49,906 bases of DNA from Opitutaceae bacterium (GTDB lineage Bacteria; Verrucomicrobiota; Verrucomicrobiia; Opitutales; Opitutaceae). Both the position numbers and the translations under genes were made by a program. Below the pieces are notes generated by a model. The model worked only from the letters and a program-made list of their open reading frames with translations. It was not told where the DNA came from and did no database searches. The stretch lies in contig CANIXX010000001.1 of assembly GCA_947471115.1 (NCBI GenBank), positions 1 to 49,906 on the forward strand, in the 5' to 3' direction. Shown here piece after piece: positions 46,387 to 49,906 of the stretch. Numbering within the stretch: position 1 is the first letter of the stretch; every line of letters starts with the position of its first letter.

Positions 46387-47688
46387 TTACACCAAGAGCA
46401 ACGCCGGGCTTTCGAGGACGGATTTGAGGGCGGCGAGGAACTGCGCGCCAACGGCTCCATCGACCACGCGGTGGTCGGCGGAGAGGGTGAGCGTGAGCAT
46501 TTGGCCGACCACGATCTGGCCGTTCTTCACCACCGGCTTGGTCACGGTTGCGCCAACACCCAGGATCGCCGCGTTGGGCGGGTTGATGATCGGGAAGAAC
46601 TTGGGGATGCCCATCATGCCGAGGTTGGACACGCAGAAGGTGCCGCCAGTGAACTGGTCTGGCTTGAGCTTCTTGTCCTTGGCCAGTTTGCCCAGCGATT
46701 TGGCTTCGCTGCTGACTTGGAAGATCGACTTGTCGTGGGCGTCTTTGACGACCGGGGTGATCAGGCCGTCGGGCAGCGCCACGGCGAAGGAAACGTGGGC
46801 AGCGGCCAAATAACGGATCTGGGTGCCTTCCCACGCGGCATTCACATCGGGAACGCGGCGCAGCGCTTCGGCGCTACCCTTGAGGATGAAGTCGTTGACG
46901 GAGAGCTTCACGCCGGCGTCGGCGAGGCCCTTGTTGAGCTGTTCACGCAAGGCGAGGAGCGGCTCGGCGTCGATTTCGATTTCGAGGTAGAAATGCGGGA
47001 TCGTGGTCTTGGATTCGACTAGGCGTTTGGCGATCACGCCGCGCATGGTGGAAACCGCGACGGTGCGTTCGACTTGGATCGGGCCTTTGGCGCCCACGGT
47101 GCCGCCGGAGAAGGTCGCGCCCGTGCCTTTGGCTGCGGCAGCCGCAGGCTTGGGGTTTTTGGCGGCAGCCTCGATATCGGCCCGCACGATGCGGCCGGAG
47201 GGGCCGGAGCCCTGTACGGTGGCGGCATCGACGCCGAGCTCGGTGGCGAGCTTTTTGGCGAGAGGGGAGATTTTTACGCGATCACCGAAGGCCAGCGCGG
47301 GGGCGGCTGGGGCGTGGGCTGCCGCAGGGGCAGGGGCGGCAATGGGTTTAGGGGCGGGCGCAGGTGCAGGTGCCGGAGTAGGGGCGGGGGCCGGGGCTGA
47401 GGCTTTGCTCTCTGCCTTCGGGGCGGCGGCGGGGGTAGGGACAACTTCGCCCTTTTTACCCACGGCGCACAAGGGGGCACCTAGTTCTACCTGGGCACCG
47501 GCGTCGGCGAAAATTTTGAGGATCGTGCCGTCGAAAAAGCACTCGAGCTCCATCGTCGCTTTATCGGTTTCAACTTCGGCGAGGATGTCGCCGGATTGCA
47601 CGGAATCGCCCTCTTTTTTGAGCCATTTGACCAGCGTGCCCACCGTCATGGTGTCGCTGAGTTTCGGCATTTCGATGATGTTAGCCAT
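46387..47688 (-). CDS. pdhC: Pyruvate dehydrogenase E2 dihydrolipoamide acetyltransferase
   Basis: VETDKA lipoyl motif, ISPLAKK E3-binding domain, DHRVVDG. Confidence 0.96.
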   Translation of the reverse strand: MANIIEMPKLSDTMTVGTLVKWLKKEGDSVQSGDILAEVETDKATMELECFFDGTILKIFADAGAQVELGAPLCAVGKKGEVVPTPAAAPKAESKASAPAPAPTPAPAPAPAPKPIAAPAPAAAHAPAAPALAFGDRVKISPLAKKLATELGVDAATVQGSGPSGRIVRADIEAAAKNPKPAAAAAKGTGATFSGGTVGAKGPIQVERTVAVSTMRGVIAKRLVESKTTIPHFYLEIEIDAEPLLALREQLNKGLADAGVKLSVNDFILKGSAEALRRVPDVNAAWEGTQIRYLAAAHVSFAVALPDGLITPVVKDAHDKSIFQVSSEAKSLGKLAKDKKLKPDQFTGGTFCVSNLGMMGIPKFFPIINPPNAAILGVGATVTKPVVKNGQIVVGQMLTLTLSADHRVVDGAVGAQFLAALKSVLESPALLLV

Positions 47689-47717
47689 GGTAGTAAAGTG
47701 GTGTGTTTTTTCGGAAA

Positions 47718-48695
47718 TCAGGCGACTGCGGCCAAGGCGGCTTTGATCACGCGAGGAACGTTGGGGAGCTGTTCGGTTTCGACGGGCGGGCTGTAAATTG
47801 CGGGTGCGTCGATGGTGGCGAGGCGGTGGATGGGGCCGTCGAGCTCGTCGAAGGCTTCGCGCTGGATCATGTAGGCGAGTTGCGAACCCACGCTGGCGAA
47901 GGGCTTTTGTTCTTCGACGATGAGCACGCGGTGGGTCTTCTTGACCGAGGCGAGCACGGTGTCGAAGTCGAGCGGGCGGATGGTGCGCAGATCGACCACT
48001 TCGACGGAGATGTCGTGGTCTTTTTCCAAAACTTCGGCGGCGGCCAAGGAGTGCAACACGCAGCGGCCGTAGGTGACGATGGTCAGGTCGGTGCCGGTGC
48101 GTTTCACGTCGGCGAGGCCGAGCGGGATGAGCTCTTCGGTGTCGGGAACCTCGCCCTTTTCACCGTAGAGAATGGTGTTTTCGAGGAAGAAGCACGGGTC
48201 GTTGTCGCGAATGGCGGACTTGAGCAGGCCCTTGGCGTCGCGGGCGGTGGCCGGCACGATGACCTTAACGCCAGGGTGGTTGGCGAGAACGTTTTCGGGG
48301 GTGTGCGAGTGGGTGGCACCGACGTTGGTGCCGCCGTTGGCCGGGCCACGGATGACGATCGGGCAGTTAATTAAGCCGCCGGACATGTAGCGGACGTTGG
48401 CCGCATTGTTCAGAATCTGGTCGAAGGCGACCGAGTAGAACGACCAGAACATGAGCTCCATTACGGGACGGATGCCGAGCATGGAGGCACCCACACCCAT
48501 ACCGATGAAACCGGCTTCGGAAATGGGGGTGTCGACGATGCGGTCGGGGCCGAATTTTTCGAGCAGGCCCTCGGAGACTTTGTAGGCGCCGTTGAATTGG
48601 GCGACTTCTTCGCCCATAAGGACGACGTTTTCGTCGCGGGTGAGTTCTTCGGCAAGGGCGGCGCGGATGGCTTCGCGGTAAGTTAAAACGGCCAT
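47718..48695 (-). CDS. pdhB: Pyruvate dehydrogenase E1 beta subunit
   Basis: DTPISEAGF, GATHSH, DLRTIRPLD. Confidence 0.95.
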   Translation of the reverse strand: MAVLTYREAIRAALAEELTRDENVVLMGEEVAQFNGAYKVSEGLLEKFGPDRIVDTPISEAGFIGMGVGASMLGIRPVMELMFWSFYSVAFDQILNNAANVRYMSGGLINCPIVIRGPANGGTNVGATHSHTPENVLANHPGVKVIVPATARDAKGLLKSAIRDNDPCFFLENTILYGEKGEVPDTEELIPLGLADVKRTGTDLTIVTYGRCVLHSLAAAEVLEKDHDISVEVVDLRTIRPLDFDTVLASVKKTHRVLIVEEQKPFASVGSQLAYMIQREAFDELDGPIHRLATIDAPAIYSPPVETEQLPNVPRVIKAALAAVA

Positions 48696-48756
48696 GTTAA
48701 AAAAGGAAAATGAGGAAGGTGCGGTGGTGAGGTGAAGCCCGTGGAGCGCGAGGTTC

Positions 48757-49860
48757 TTAGTCGAAGAACAGGCGGCCCTTGGAGGTGCGCTGGCTGGGGT
48801 TGTCGACCTCCCAGTAAACGTCCTTTTGGATGTCGTCGACGGTGGGGAAGGGGCTCATTTCGGCGAATTCGGCGGCGAGTTCAGACTCGTTGACGGCCTC
48901 GGTGTTGATCTGTTCGACCAGCGCGTCGGTGAGCACGCCTTCTTTGAGGAGAGCTGCTTGATAGACTTGGATCGGATCCTTGGTGCGACGGTACTCCTCG
49001 ATTTCCTCCTTGGTGCGATAAGTCTTATCCGGATCGGCGACCGAGTGGCCGCGGTAGCGATAGGTGTCGATCTCGACGACCGAGGGCAGGTTCTTTTCGC
49101 GGGCGAGGGTGAGGAACTTATCCATCGTCGCGCGGACCTCGTAAACATCGTGGCCGAAGCAGGTGCCCCAGTTCATGCCGTAGGCTTCGGCGCGTTGGGC
49201 GAGGCCGGGGCCGGCGGAGGAGCGATCCTGGCTGGTGCCCATCGAGTAGCCGTTGTTTTCAACGACGAAGACCACTGGCAAGTTCCACAGCGCGGCTAGA
49301 TTATAAGCCTCGTGAACAGCACCTTGGTTAACCGCACCGTCACCCATGAACGCCATGGCGGCGCCCTTGAGTTTGCGGTATTTTACGGCGTAGGCCAGGC
49401 CGGTGCCGAGCGGGATTTGGCCGCCGACGATACCGTGGCCGCCCCAGTAGTTGAGCGAGGGGGCGAAGTAGTGCATCGAGCCGCCCTTGCCCTTGGAGCA
49501 ACCGGTGATTTTACCGTAAAGCTCGGCCATCAGCGCCTTGGTGTCCATGCCGACAGCGATGGCGTGGGCGTGGTCGCGGTAGGCGGTGATGACGTGGTCG
49601 TTTGGACCCATCAGCGAGCAGCAGCCGACGGCCACCGCTTCCTGGCCGATGTAAAGGTGGAGGAAGCCGCCGATTTTTTTGGATTGGTAGGCGCGCAATG
49701 AACGCTCCTCGAAGCGGCGGATGCGCACCATCTTGCGATGGAGTTCGATTTTACCTTCGTTGGACAACGCGGAGTTAATCGGGGCCGAGGCGTGGGAGCC
49801 GGCGCAGGCGACGGGGGCTTCGACTTTTTTGTCGGCGTTGGGTACAGCTTTATTGCTCAC
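48757..49860 (-). CDS. pdhA: Pyruvate dehydrogenase E1 alpha subunit
   Basis: GFLHLYIGQEA, GKGGSMH, GDGA...ENN TPP motif, YRYRGHS. Confidence 0.96.
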   Translation of the reverse strand: MSNKAVPNADKKVEAPVACAGSHASAPINSALSNEGKIELHRKMVRIRRFEERSLRAYQSKKIGGFLHLYIGQEAVAVGCCSLMGPNDHVITAYRDHAHAIAVGMDTKALMAELYGKITGCSKGKGGSMHYFAPSLNYWGGHGIVGGQIPLGTGLAYAVKYRKLKGAAMAFMGDGAVNQGAVHEAYNLAALWNLPVVFVVENNGYSMGTSQDRSSAGPGLAQRAEAYGMNWGTCFGHDVYEVRATMDKFLTLAREKNLPSVVEIDTYRYRGHSVADPDKTYRTKEEIEEYRRTKDPIQVYQAALLKEGVLTDALVEQINTEAVNESELAAEFAEMSPFPTVDDIQKDVYWEVDNPSQRTSKGRLFFD

Positions 49861-49906
49861 GGGTTAAATCGAGTTGGATGTTAAAGCGGCGCAGTCTTTG
49901 GCGGAT

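Overview
GC-rich bacterial chromosomal window; gene content and style suggest Verrucomicrobia/Opitutaceae (inference). Core genes: HI0933-family flavoprotein, AEC transporter, MscS, probable 6S RNA, tRNA-Gly(CCC), ybaB-recR, cheX, LysR/YceI, BCP peroxiredoxin, all-alpha dUTPase, murA-ruvB, phoD, MYG1, panB-coaC, tesA/ybbA/ybbP, a LOV histidine kinase with a NarL-type regulator, an ATP-grasp/alpha-E fusion, a hybrid PAS kinase, a Cus-like heavy-metal RND operon, class II RNR with tandem NrdR boxes, and pdhABC. The intergenic DNA is rich in small structured repeats. The most striking item is a low-GC GxxExxY (PD-(D/E)xK-like) gene that exactly fills the loop between two 31-bp inverted arms built from 9-nt units, inserted antisense between ybbA and ybbP. 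An 'empty' copy of the same arms lies between murA and ruvB, and a divergent relative lies between panB and coaC. Together they look like a candidate autonomous/non-autonomous hairpin mobile-element system. Also present: several REP/REPIN-like families, a TAACC-N5-GGTTA palindrome family bracketing phoD, heptamer tandem repeats in the cus operon, and a decayed ring-cleaving dioxygenase. All calls were made by eye; no database searches were run.
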